This document shows, one piece after another, positions 46,482-57,996 of a DNA stretch of 64,000 bases. Below the pieces are notes generated by a model that had not been told where the DNA came from, made no database searches, and saw nothing but the letters and a program-made list of their open reading frames with translations. Every line of letters begins with the position of its first letter. Position 1 is the stretch's first letter. This DNA comes from Eledone cirrhosa (lineage: Eukaryota). The DNA lies in the NCBI GenBank assembly GCA_964016885.1, contig CAXHJY010000254.1, positions 62,001-126,000 on the forward strand, given 5' to 3'. The translations under genes and the position numbers were made by a program.

Positions 46482-46703
46482 GAATATATATATATATATA
46501 TATTTAGAATTTAATATTCTATCATACTATTTCATTATAATACCATATTATATATATTTTAAAGGATTGTAAATAAAACGAGTAAATCAGACAAAGTTGG
46601 AATTCCTCTTATTAATATAATCTTCTATACACAATCATACACACCCGTGTATATTTACCTATCTATATCTATATATATATATTCCTATTGTGTATATGCC
46701 AAC

Positions 46704-48053
46704 ATGTCTGGAAAGCAACAAATGAAACCAACAGAATCAGAAAGAATTCTAAAGGAGATATCATCGAAATTATCAACACTTATCACGATGATGGACACAC
46801 AATCCTCTATTTTAAAGGAAATAGAAAAACAATCTACAGACGGAAAACTTATAACTGAACATATAAACTCTGAAATTAAGAATTTAGCTGAAATTATACC
46901 AACAGTTATCAAAGATACAAGAGAAAGCCTACCACAACCCCCTTGGATGTCAGAAATAAACGAAAGAAATTTGGAAAACAAAACACATCAAATAAGAAAA
47001 GAAATGTGGAAGACATGGAAAAAATTCCTTAACATAAGAAAACAAAATTTCTGGAAAGCATACAGATGCGAAAAATATGTCGAAACACATTCGAAATGGC
47101 TCTCTCTAACGGCACCCATACTCCCTCGTAAATACCTAATTACAGAAATTGCAGGAGAACCAGAAGAAGAAACAAAACTCCGATGGGAACTTACATTGAC
47201 AAAATTCAGGACCGACATCTCCATTTCTGAATGTAAACAATCCCGCTACAAAGCCAAATATGAAGCTATTGATGACCAAATTGAAGTTGAAATTTCAAAG
47301 CTAACGACTGGTATTATAGCTGAAAAACTACGAGAACTATGGATCGGAGATATCTCAAAAGAAGAAAACAAATCAAGAAAGGTATGGCAGCAGAAACAAT
47401 TATTTCTCGATGAATATGCTGCAAATTACGGTAAAGACTCTGGAACCCCGAGAAAAAGCATTAAAAGTGGACAATCTCATCAACACAACATACGCCAGAA
47501 CACGTGCCAACACAAACGCTCACCTTACCTTGAATCAAAGAAGAACTACGGTAATAACTCTTCGCTTTTTCTACAAAAACACCCTATCGCACACAACATG
47601 AACAAAAAGCACAAACACGATAGGTATTCCTTTGACCAGACCATGAGAAGTAGTAAAACCAGGAGATCATTCTCAAGATCTCAACAGAGACTACCAACAA
47701 GGAATGTGGAAACAAAACGTAGAATAACCAGATCACTCTCAAGATCTCAACAGAGATTGCCCACAAGAAACTGGACGAAAAAACGATCTAAACCTGAAAG
47801 CAAACCTAGGTCATTTTCCCAGATTGTTAAAAATAATGCTAACAGGAAGAAAAATAATATACAGAATACCAAAAATAGGACAAAATACATAACGAAACCA
47901 AATATAATATCACGACCAAAAGTTCATCAAGCGAACACCAACAGGAATATAAATCCTGAACAGAGAAAAATTCATTTTTTAACGTCAGGACAACAAAAAC
48001 CGGAAAAAGAAAAACTCCAGGAGGAAACATACCCAAAACAGCTGTACACGTAG
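46704..48053 (+). CDS. PLE ORF1 (449 aa): helical/coiled-coil-like N-terminal half, basic low-complexity C-terminal half with a 22-aa-period repeat
   Basis: Uninterrupted ORF from ATG 46704; heptad-like ILKEISSKLSTLITMMDTQSSILKEI; RS(F/L)SRSQQRLPTRN twice. Confidence 0.75.
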   Translation: MSGKQQMKPTESERILKEISSKLSTLITMMDTQSSILKEIEKQSTDGKLITEHINSEIKNLAEIIPTVIKDTRESLPQPPWMSEINERNLENKTHQIRKEMWKTWKKFLNIRKQNFWKAYRCEKYVETHSKWLSLTAPILPRKYLITEIAGEPEEETKLRWELTLTKFRTDISISECKQSRYKAKYEAIDDQIEVEISKLTTGIIAEKLRELWIGDISKEENKSRKVWQQKQLFLDEYAANYGKDSGTPRKSIKSGQSHQHNIRQNTCQHKRSPYLESKKNYGNNSSLFLQKHPIAHNMNKKHKHDRYSFDQTMRSSKTRRSFSRSQQRLPTRNVETKRRITRSLSRSQQRLPTRNWTKKRSKPESKPRSFSQIVKNNANRKKNNIQNTKNRTKYITKPNIISRPKVHQANTNRNINPEQRKIHFLTSGQQKPEKEKLQEETYPKQLYT

Positions 48054-50287
48054 ATCCTAAAATAATTAATTTATCTAAAAGAGATCTTGACAATGATGAA
48101 ATGCAAATTCTGTCAAAAGGACTGAAATTCACACCGACTCCAACAGTCAACCACCAAGAACTGAAGGAGGATACCCAAGAATTCTGTCGAAAATTACGTC
48201 TTGTAGAATTCTTCGCTGATAAAAATAATGAGAGTGATGAATCACTAGTAAAGAATAAATCAAATTTCACTCCGCCAAAAGGAAGAAATATTTATCTCGA
48301 CCAATACATTGACATCCTGTCTAAATTTCCTCTTAGACATAATACTAATGTTAGGCCAAACATTAACAAATCAGAAATGTCTGCACTTAAACGTATACAA
48401 AATGATAAAACAATAATAATTAAACAAGCAGATAAAGGGGGTGCAGTTGTTATAATGGATACTGAATACTACAAGGATTTGGTTGAGGAACAACTGAAAG
48501 ACACAACATTCTATCATGAAATACCGTCAAATATAGACCACAACATCATGAAGAAGATCAACAACCTGGCTTCAAAATACCACAACTCATTTACTGATAA
48601 GGAAAGAGACTACATCACCAATTTTGAGCCGAAACCCAGCAACTTGTATGGCCTACCGAAAGTTCACAAGTCAAAAGAAATACAACTGGCAGTAAGAGAA
48701 CAAAACAGTGAGTACATTAAATTATTACACCCAAAAGACTTAAAACTTAGACCTATTATAGCTGGTCCAACATGCCCCACTCACCGTCTAAGCAATTTTG
48801 TTGACATTATTTTGAAACCACTATGTATTCACATACCCAGTTTCATCCGGGATGATATCGACTTCCTGTCCCATCTTCCCAAAACCACGGAAACGAATTC
48901 ACTTCTACTCAGTTTTGATGTGGTAAGCCTTTACACCAACATTACACATGATTTAGGAATAAAGGCGGTTAAATACTGGGTGGAAAAACATAGAGAAGTG
49001 ATTCCCATTAGATTCACAGCGCCATTTATATTAGACGCAGTTAAACTTATTCTGGAAAACAACACTTTCTTCTTCAATGGAAAGAATTACATCCAAATTA
49101 GAGGCACAGCGATGGGAACGAAGTTTGCTCCCGTTTACACGAACTCTGTAATGGGATACTTAGAACAACAACTCTACCAAGAAATAGAGGAAAAATATAG
49201 TACTGACTTTAGAAAGTACATTGAAAAATCTTGGAAGAGATACCTTGACGACTGTTTCATCATCTGGACAGAATCTCTAGATACTCTGGATGAGTTCAAT
49301 ATCCTCCTGAATAACCTACACCCATCTCTCCAATTCACAAAAGAGATGAGTAGGACCAAATTACCATTCCTAGATATAATGATAATCAAAAACGACACCA
49401 CCATTACCACGGATATATATTATAAACACACAGACACCCATCAATATCTGAATTTTAAGTCGTGCCATCCACCTCATACAAAACGCAACATCCCATACTG
49501 CCTAGTCAGAAGAATTTGTACCATTGTAGAAGATACGAATACCAGGTACAAACGCCTAACAGAACTAAGAGAATTTTTGCTCAAACAAAAATACCCATCT
49601 CTACTTATAGAAAATGGCATACAGCGGGCTATAAAAATACCTATACAACAACTTAGAACAACCCAAGGAAGAAGAAACCAAGAACTGGTCATACCATTTA
49701 TAATGACACACAACCCATGTCACCAGAATATATTCAACACTGCCAAAGCAAACCTACCGATCATTGCTCAAAGTAATGAATTAAAAGGCTTAATCACAGA
49801 TCGATCTTTGACTCTTAGTAAAAGACAGCCAAAAAATTTGAAGCAATTGCTAACAAAAGCAAAGTTTGACCTTAACAACAAAGACCAATCATTCACTGTA
49901 TCTAAATGAAATGATAATCGATGCGGCACATGTCAATCCATACACGCCGGTCAATATATGAAAACAAAAACTGGAAAAATATTCCCAAATGCAAATATGA
50001 ACTGCAAAAGCAGAAATCTAATTTACTGCATTAAATGCCCGAATTGTGAAGAACTATGTGTCGGTCAAACTGGAAATGCACTATCGGAACGTGCACGGGT
50101 ACACCGTCAACAAATCAGAGACCCAAATGTCCGTCAGATACCCCTAAGCGGCCACCTGGCAACATGTGGTCAGGGAATATTTATAATATTCCCATTCTAC
50201 AAATTACACAGCCCAAGTGAAATCAAGAGAAAAATCAAAGAAAAGAATTTTATTGATAAATTCAAACCCAAGCTAAATGAACAATAA
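47975..50287 (+). CDS. PLE RT plus GIY-YIG endonuclease; -1 frame relative to ORF1; one in-frame TGA at 49907
   Basis: IINLS..L..E..IL.KGLKFTPTP, ADKGG, YGLPKVHK, RPII, FDVVSLYT, GTAMG, RYLDD, PFLD, LIYCIKC..C...CVGQTG..L.ER...H. Confidence 0.92.
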
Positions 50288-50665
50288 TAACGCCTAGGGG
50301 TATTACTTCTACTACCACTATGACCACGACCACTAACAACAACAGCAACAACAACAATAATAATAATAATGAAAGTGATGTTGATGGTGATGATTAATAG
50401 AAAATGCTATTTTCATCATTTCTAAAAATAGCAAAACAATTGATGCGTTGGATATGACTATTGGTCGTTAGCATGCTCAACCAGCCGTGACGCTTAAACC
50501 AATCAGCTGTAGTAATTCAGTGAAACTACACAGATTGGTCGAAATACAGTTTACAGGGCTTTGCATTCTGGAGCCACTTTTCTCTGTATAAAATGTATAA
50601 AAGGTAGTAAATTTACCCATCTCATTACAGTTGAAAATTGCAAACTCGACTGTCACCACATATCA

Positions 50666-50704
50666 TGAACCTGAAGATTGCGAAAGCATGAAAGTACTTG
50701 TTCA
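50666..50704 (+). ncRNA. Minimal type I hammerhead (family A) in the 3' pLTR
   Basis: UGAAC-CUGAAGA-UUGCGAAAGCAU-GAAA-GUAC-UU-GUUCA. Confidence 0.82.
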
Positions 50705-50870
50705 ATTAACACTTAGAATTTAATATTCTATCATACTATTTCATTATAATACCATATTATATATATTTTAAAGGATTGTAAATAAAACGAGTAAATCAGA
50801 CAAAGTTGGAATTCCTCTTATTAATATAATCTTCTATACACAATCATACACACCCGTGTATATTTACCTA

Positions 50871-50948
<78 letters not shown>

Positions 50949-52245
50949 AAAAAGTATATTAATATTCTTGCCCTCACATACATGATTATCGTTCATGTAT
51001 AGAATATTATGCATATCTGTAACATATCCAGAACTATACCCACACATACATATATATATATATGTATGCACACGTATATGTACAGATATCAATATATCAG
51101 CACAGAGATATCAAAACGTTAAAAATATTTTCATCACTCTCTAGAGTATCTCGGGCCGTAAAAAACACAGTATGCCCCCCATATCAACCACAGAAATCTA
51201 CCCTTCAAATTTATCTGACAATATATTGCCAAGTTCATTAGAAGCAATCAGAATCAAAAAATCAAACATTATTCAACAAAACTCATTTAGCAGAAATCAT
51301 TTAAAGGATTTAGGAGACCCTGTTGTTCTACGGATGCTTTTATATTTAGTATAGAAGTTTACAATAATCATAAGAATTCTTTCACAGATCCAAACAAAAA
51401 ATCCTCAACTTCACTATCAGGCTTACTCTGGCAACTTAAACATGATAACGTTGGGTATTCGATGTTTTGGAATATTGTCTCAAGAGGGATTCCTTTTAAT
51501 TCGTCATCTGAGACATGTGACCTCTTTGTGGAGGAGATATTCTTTATATTAAAATCCAAAAATTCCCTTAATTTAAGGAGCAATTTATTCAGTTGCTGCA
51601 GACATAGATTGAACTCAACGTTTAAATATAAATATAAATTTAAAATGTAGCATAATTAATTAGGATATTTAATTAATGTATGAAACCTGACGATAAATCT
51701 TTCGATTCCTTCAACTTTTTCTTTTAAACCTTCTTCATAAATATATACTAATGATGTAATTAAACTACCCTAAAATGTAGATGCTCCCAATCTATTGAAT
51801 AAATTTTACGCTAGATAAACTTCTATACTAAATATAAGAGCATCCGTAGAACAACAGGGTCTCCTAAATCCTTTAAATGATTTCTGCTAAATGAGTTTTG
51901 TTGAATAATGTTTGATTTTTTGTTTGCTTTTTGATTCTGATTGCTTCTAATGAACTTGGCAATATATTGTCAGATAAATTGGAAGGGTAGATTTCTGTGG
52001 TTGATATGGGGGGCATACTGTGTTTTTTACGGCCCGAGATACTCTAGGGAGTGATGAAAATATTTTTAACGTTTTGATATCTCTGTGCTGATATATTGAT
52101 ATCTGTACATATACGTGTGCATACATATATATATATATATATATGTATGTGTGGGTATAGTTCTGGATATGTTACAGATATGCATAATATTCTATACATG
52201 AACGATAATCATGTATGTGAGGGCAAGAATATTAATATATTTTTT

Positions 52246-52282
<37 letters not shown>

Positions 52283-53187
52283 AAATCTTTTATAACACAA
52301 AGAAAAAAAAAAAAAAATTTTTCTGTGAAACAAGAAATTACAGAGTTGATCACGTAAAATCATGGGTATGTTTATAGTGTCAACTAGAACTTGAGATGAC
52401 CTTCTCTTTCTCTCTTTCTTTCCTTTTGAAGTTTTATCTCAGTTTTGGTACATCGACCTCAGAATTTTTAAACTAAACATATGGTCATTGTTGAGCAAAA
52501 TTATTTTCACACATTATATATCTATGTCTCATTCATGAATATTGATATTTACATTATATTACCCAATTCATATGAATTGATAATTCAAATTGATAGGACA
52601 TAACGTAAAGATGTAAATCTATCATCCCTCTCTCTAGATATAGCTCTTTCTTCTCCTCCCTCTTTATATATGATGAAATCTATGTATCGGTTGTTTTAAC
52701 TTTGCCTCTCGAGTTTCTCTCTTGTTTCTCTCTCATTTCTCTCCTATTTCTCTCACCTCCCCATATATAATTATTATTATTTGGGCTACCTCTATTCTCC
52801 CCCCACCTCTATCTTTCTCTCTCTCTGTTTTCTCTTCATTTCTTATTTTCTCTCCGCCCCCTCCCCAACTGTCCTTAACACTATAACTAAATAATTACAG
52901 TACACCCTCCCTCCTAAATCTCTCAATTTGTATGATGAATTATTATTATTCATCTGTTGCCTCAGCTGCATCTCTTTTTTCACCTCCTCACTATTTCTCT
53001 CTCCCCTATCTCTCTCTATTTCTCTCTGTTTTTCTTTACATACATTTCTTCTTTTTCTCTGTCTTTCTTTTTAACTGTGCTTAACACTAAATATTTGTAA
53101 ACATCTCACTACCAAACCAGCTTTTTACATAACGTTTGGTCAATATTTATGGTACGTCAAAATTATTTATAAAATGTTTATATATTG

Positions 53188-53253
53188 TATTTTATCTGAA
53201 GAAGGCATGCCATATTTTTAATATGGTATCCCCGAAATATGTATAATGAAATA
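53188..53253 (+). ncRNA. Type I hammerhead (family G2)
   Basis: UAUUUUAU-CUGAAGA-AGGCAUGCCAUAUU UUU AAUAUGGUAUCCCC-GAAA-UAUGUA-UA-AUGAAAUA. Confidence 0.75.
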
Positions 53254-53295
53254 AATATGGTTTTATAAATATAGTTTCCATTTGTTTAATATCGC

Positions 53296-53328
<33 letters not shown>

Positions 53329-53625
53329 CATATATATATATATACATATATACATATATATATACATATATATATACATATATATATACATATATATATA
53401 TACATATATATATATACATATATATATATACATATATATACATATATATATATACATATATATACATATATATATATAAATACATATATATATACACATA
53501 TATATATATACATATATATATACATATATATATACATATATATATATATACATATATATATACATATATATATATACATATATATATACATATATATATA
53601 TACACATATATATATATATATATAC

Positions 53626-53690
<65 letters not shown>

Positions 53691-53757
53691 TATACATATA
53701 TATATACATATATATATACATATATATATATACATATATATATACATATATATATAC

Positions 53758-53788
<31 letters not shown>

Positions 53789-53789
53789 C

Positions 53790-53824
<35 letters not shown>

Positions 53825-53867
53825 CATATATATATACATATATATATACATATATATATATATATAC

Positions 53868-53900
<33 letters not shown>

Positions 53901-53901
53901 C

Positions 53902-54017
<116 letters not shown>

Positions 54018-54134
54018 TAATAAGAGGAATTCCAACTTTGTCTGATTTACTCGTTTTATCTACAATCCTTTAAAATATATATAATGGTATTATAATGAAA
54101 TAGTATGATAGAATATTAAATTCTAAGTGTTAAT

Positions 54135-54173
54135 TGAACAAGTACTTTCATGCTTTCGCAATCTTCAGGTTCA
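54135..54173 (-). ncRNA. Family A hammerhead
   Basis: Identical to 13-51. Confidence 0.8.
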
Positions 54174-54244
54174 TGATATGTGGTGACAGTCGAGTTTGCA
54201 ATTTTCAACTGAACAATTTTCAACTCGACTGTCACCACATATCA

Positions 54245-54283
54245 TGAACCTGAAGATTGCGAAAGCATGAAAGTACTTGTTCA
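54245..54283 (+). ncRNA. Family A hammerhead
   Basis: Identical to 50666-50704. Confidence 0.8.
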
Positions 54284-54449
54284 ATTAACACTTAGAATTT
54301 AATATTCTATCATACTATTTCATTATAATACCATTATATATATTTTAAAGGATTGTAAATAAAACGAGTAAATCAGACAAAGTTGGAATTCCTCTTATTA
54401 ATATAATCTTCTATACACAATCATACACACCCGTGTATATTTACCTATC

Positions 54450-54489
<40 letters not shown>

Positions 54490-54512
54490 CATATATATAT
54501 ACATATATATAT

Positions 54513-54557
<45 letters not shown>

Positions 54558-54574
54558 TATATACATATATATAT

Positions 54575-54641
<67 letters not shown>

Positions 54642-54666
54642 CATATATATATACATATATATATAC

Positions 54667-54731
<65 letters not shown>

Positions 54732-54752
54732 TACTAATATATATATATACAC

Positions 54753-54903
<151 letters not shown>

Positions 54904-54968
54904 TATATACATATATATATACATATATATATACATATATATATACATATATATATACATATATATAC

Positions 54969-55019
<51 letters not shown>

Positions 55020-57050
55020 CATATATATATACATATATTTTAAGGATACTATTTATGGTTATGTATATAATAAAACCTTTTATGGTTATATATATTTAAA
55101 CTCTAAATAGTGAAAGACAGTAATTCATTACTATCTTATTACCAGTAAGATAAATAGCTCAATGTAATAACATCAGTTGTTTTACAGAGCAGTTATATAG
55201 AAATTACATGAATCAAAGTTCAGTTTAAATAATTTATTTGCTTACAATTGTTTCCTCCAAACCGAGGTTTGGATTCTTCGGAGCAACTATTTAGTGATTT
55301 TTCACATACTTTACCTCCTTATCAACACAAGAGACATACAAAAACATATGTATATATTGACCCACAGTGGGTTGACATCCATCATAATGATATAGCATGG
55401 CAATTTACATACAAAGGTTACATTCATATTAAAGGACAAAATTAAAGTTAAAATAAAAATAAAAATAAAACATTGGCAGTTTATGAAGATAAAGCAAGAG
55501 GAAAGTTTAGAGTAGTCAGTGTATGAAACAGTCTCGCGTGTGGCATGCACGCGTGTCTTATTAATACAGGATTATAGTGCGGCAGATTGTTACATGTAAA
55601 AACAAGCAGTTAAAGCAGGCAATCAATAGCATCATGGGGGCTGTATTGTTAAAGCATTTATCACACACACCTGTACGATATATAAGCCCGTTTGTAGAGA
55701 AACACCAAAAATATCAAAAATATTACAAATGAGAAGCAAAACAGCACCACTGTCCTCGCACCCACCACCACTCACACAATCCAGGAAACGCAATTTATAG
55801 ACTACATGTCCATTACTCAATCCACGGTGATTCAACATTGGGTGTCTGGTGAATCATGATATAAATCATATCTTGTCGTTTCTTAATTTGATTCATAGAT
55901 CAGGTTGTTTTTGTTATGAGAGATGACATTGTATTATATTCCGGAAGTGTGTGTGTGACTAAGGGGAGTTAATGCGTAAGGGGAGGTAACTAGCTGATTA
56001 TCATAGTTAAATTTATTATCCTAAAGTACATTAATGGTGTTTCAAATGAGTCCCTATCATATAACGTTATAAACAATTTCTAAATTTAAGTATCTTATCT
56101 ATAAATTACAGTGTAGTCTATTAAGAAGTACTAAAGGTGTTCATATCCGTATGATTACCTTCTATCATGGAGTGCCACAACCGAACATTCTACAAGAAGA
56201 GTCAGACCTCCAAATCAATGATCTTTGTAAGTGTAGTCCACCCGCAGAACCTGGCAGGGTCTTATTACTATATATGACTCCCGGTAAGCTCTGGGTCATT
56301 GTATGTCTGAATGCACGGCAAAGTTAAATATCACCAGGGTGGTCCAGAGATCAATTCTCTCATACAAAGACACTAATCTGGCCACCAAGCCATACATATA
56401 CTCATAACTCATATATCACCTGTATATAATTCATTGTACTCAGCATATAGAATATATAGCCCTTATAATAAATTCAATACTTAATCTTCTATCTATCCTA
56501 TGGTGGCACTCCATGCACAGGACAATGTTAGCACAACCAATTCAGTGCCTACAGTATACATTAATTATATATTAGTGCAATGTAGTCCAAGTAATTCAAT
56601 ATACCAAAAGTAGAAGTACATGGGGATATCTCTAGGGTAAAGGTACTATTATGGTTAAAGTGGACTAATGGGTGTGGAGATGAGGTGTAAGGTGTGCCCC
56701 TGATGCTAGTTGCTAGAGGTGGTGTCGGGTTCAAGTCTGACATTGTTATATTTTGGGTTTAAAGTTTTGGAAAGAGTGTCGGAATCGGTGTTGGTAAGAC
56801 GCGAACACTTCTGATTTTTTATTAAGGAGGTTATAGTTAGAGAAGATGAAAGTATGGGTCTCTAGTAGACAGAGGTTACAAAATTTATTAGGTGGTTTGT
56901 ACGATGTCGCATTACCTATCACTTCCCATTTAAGTGTATATGGTTTATTTTTAGTTTTAGATAGTGTATGTAGCTAGATAGTGAAGTGGAGTTGGCTAGA
57001 CTGTGTTTTTTGAAAGAGTGGAGGTGCGAATTGTATACATATATATATAC

Positions 57051-57101
<51 letters not shown>

Positions 57102-57104
57102 CAC

Positions 57105-57167
<63 letters not shown>

Positions 57168-57218
57168 TATACATATACATATACATATACATATATATAC
57201 ATATATATATATATATAC

Positions 57219-57287
<69 letters not shown>

Positions 57288-57291
<4 letters not shown>

Positions 57292-57369
57292 AACCAGTAA
57301 GACCCCGACGGCTGAGCTCAAGCCGTCGAAACGGCTTTAGCTCAGCCGTCGGGGTCTTACTGGTTCCTA
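57288..57369. repeat. GC-rich near-perfect palindrome
   Basis: TAGGAACCAGTAAGACCCCGACGGCTGAGCT..CGAA..AGCTCAGCCGTCGGGGTCTTACTGGTTCCTA. Confidence 0.85.
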
Positions 57370-57668
57370 TTACCCACTCTACTACCCTAAGTATTGAGTA
57401 CTTTGGTGTGTTATGGTCCACCTGGTTCCTTACCACATTTCCTTCGTTACATATATATATATATATATAGTTATACTTGGGGAGGGTCATATTTGCGTAA
57501 TATTGCCAGAATTAATAACAGAACACACTCACTGTTTGGTTGGTTTTCGCTTCTCGCTGTCTTTTATATCTGCGATCTAACTTACTCGGTCCTCAATGTT
57601 GCCATTGACTGACCGACGGTCAAAAATAATACAGATACAATATAGACACAAACACATATATATAGTTT

Positions 57669-57725
57669 ACATAATTTACATAAATCTTTCGTTGCACATC
57701 TGCAACATCGTCAGTGGTGTTATAT
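57669..57725 (-). ncRNA. Type I hammerhead (family B-like, 1-nt insertion)
   Basis: CA-CUGACGA-U-GUUGCA GAUG UGCAAC-GAAA-GAUU-UA-UG; short stem I extended by AUAUAA/UUAUGU. Confidence 0.62.
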
Positions 57726-57996
57726 TCTTTGTTCCTCCTGTTGTGTTGTATGTCTACGCCATTTTTTATTCAGTCTGTCTATATATTTATTTATTTATTT
57801 GCTTGTTTGTTTATCTTATTTTATTTTGTCTTCTTTGCGCATGCGTTTGCGTGTGTGTATAGTGTTATGTGTGCTGTGTGACTAGTGTGTATAGTGTTGT
57901 GTCTGCTGGGTGACTAGTGTGTGTTTATGTGCTTGTTGTTACTGTGCTTGTGTATGTATTTATTTATCTTATTTTATTTTATTTTATTTACTTATT

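Larger units (their letters stand above)
46504..50875 (+). mobile_element. Neptune-like PLE with an upstream ORF1, RT and GIY-YIG EN; direct pLTR repeats 46504-46670 and 50713-50875
   Basis: Terminal direct repeats; HHR; RT/EN motifs; Cys-rich linker. Confidence 0.92.
45337..53294. mobile_element. Palindromic element (arms 45426-46447 + 50945-51361 versus 51817-53294), left arm interrupted by a nested PLE
   Basis: ~1.4-kb inverted arms about 1% divergent by eye; HHR near each outer end. Confidence 0.82.

Noticed and set aside
50450-50560. Structured segment in the PLE 3' UTR (ACCAAUC/GAUUGGU rod followed by CGAAA) as a SECIS or second hammerhead
   Set aside because: No CUGANGA core. The AUGAC...UGAC candidate lacks a regular helix II and apical AA. 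The 12-nt match to 1849-1860 is on the opposite functional strand and may be chance.
51687-51710. Isolated CTGANGA matches (also near 22787, 37395, 38690, 39697)
   Set aside because: No stem II/GAAA/stem I arrangement around them.
51362-51816. Possible captured exons or ORF at the palindrome centre (71-aa minus-strand ORF, AG/GT-like sites)
   Set aside because: The candidate splice phases give immediate stops, and there are no recognisable motifs.
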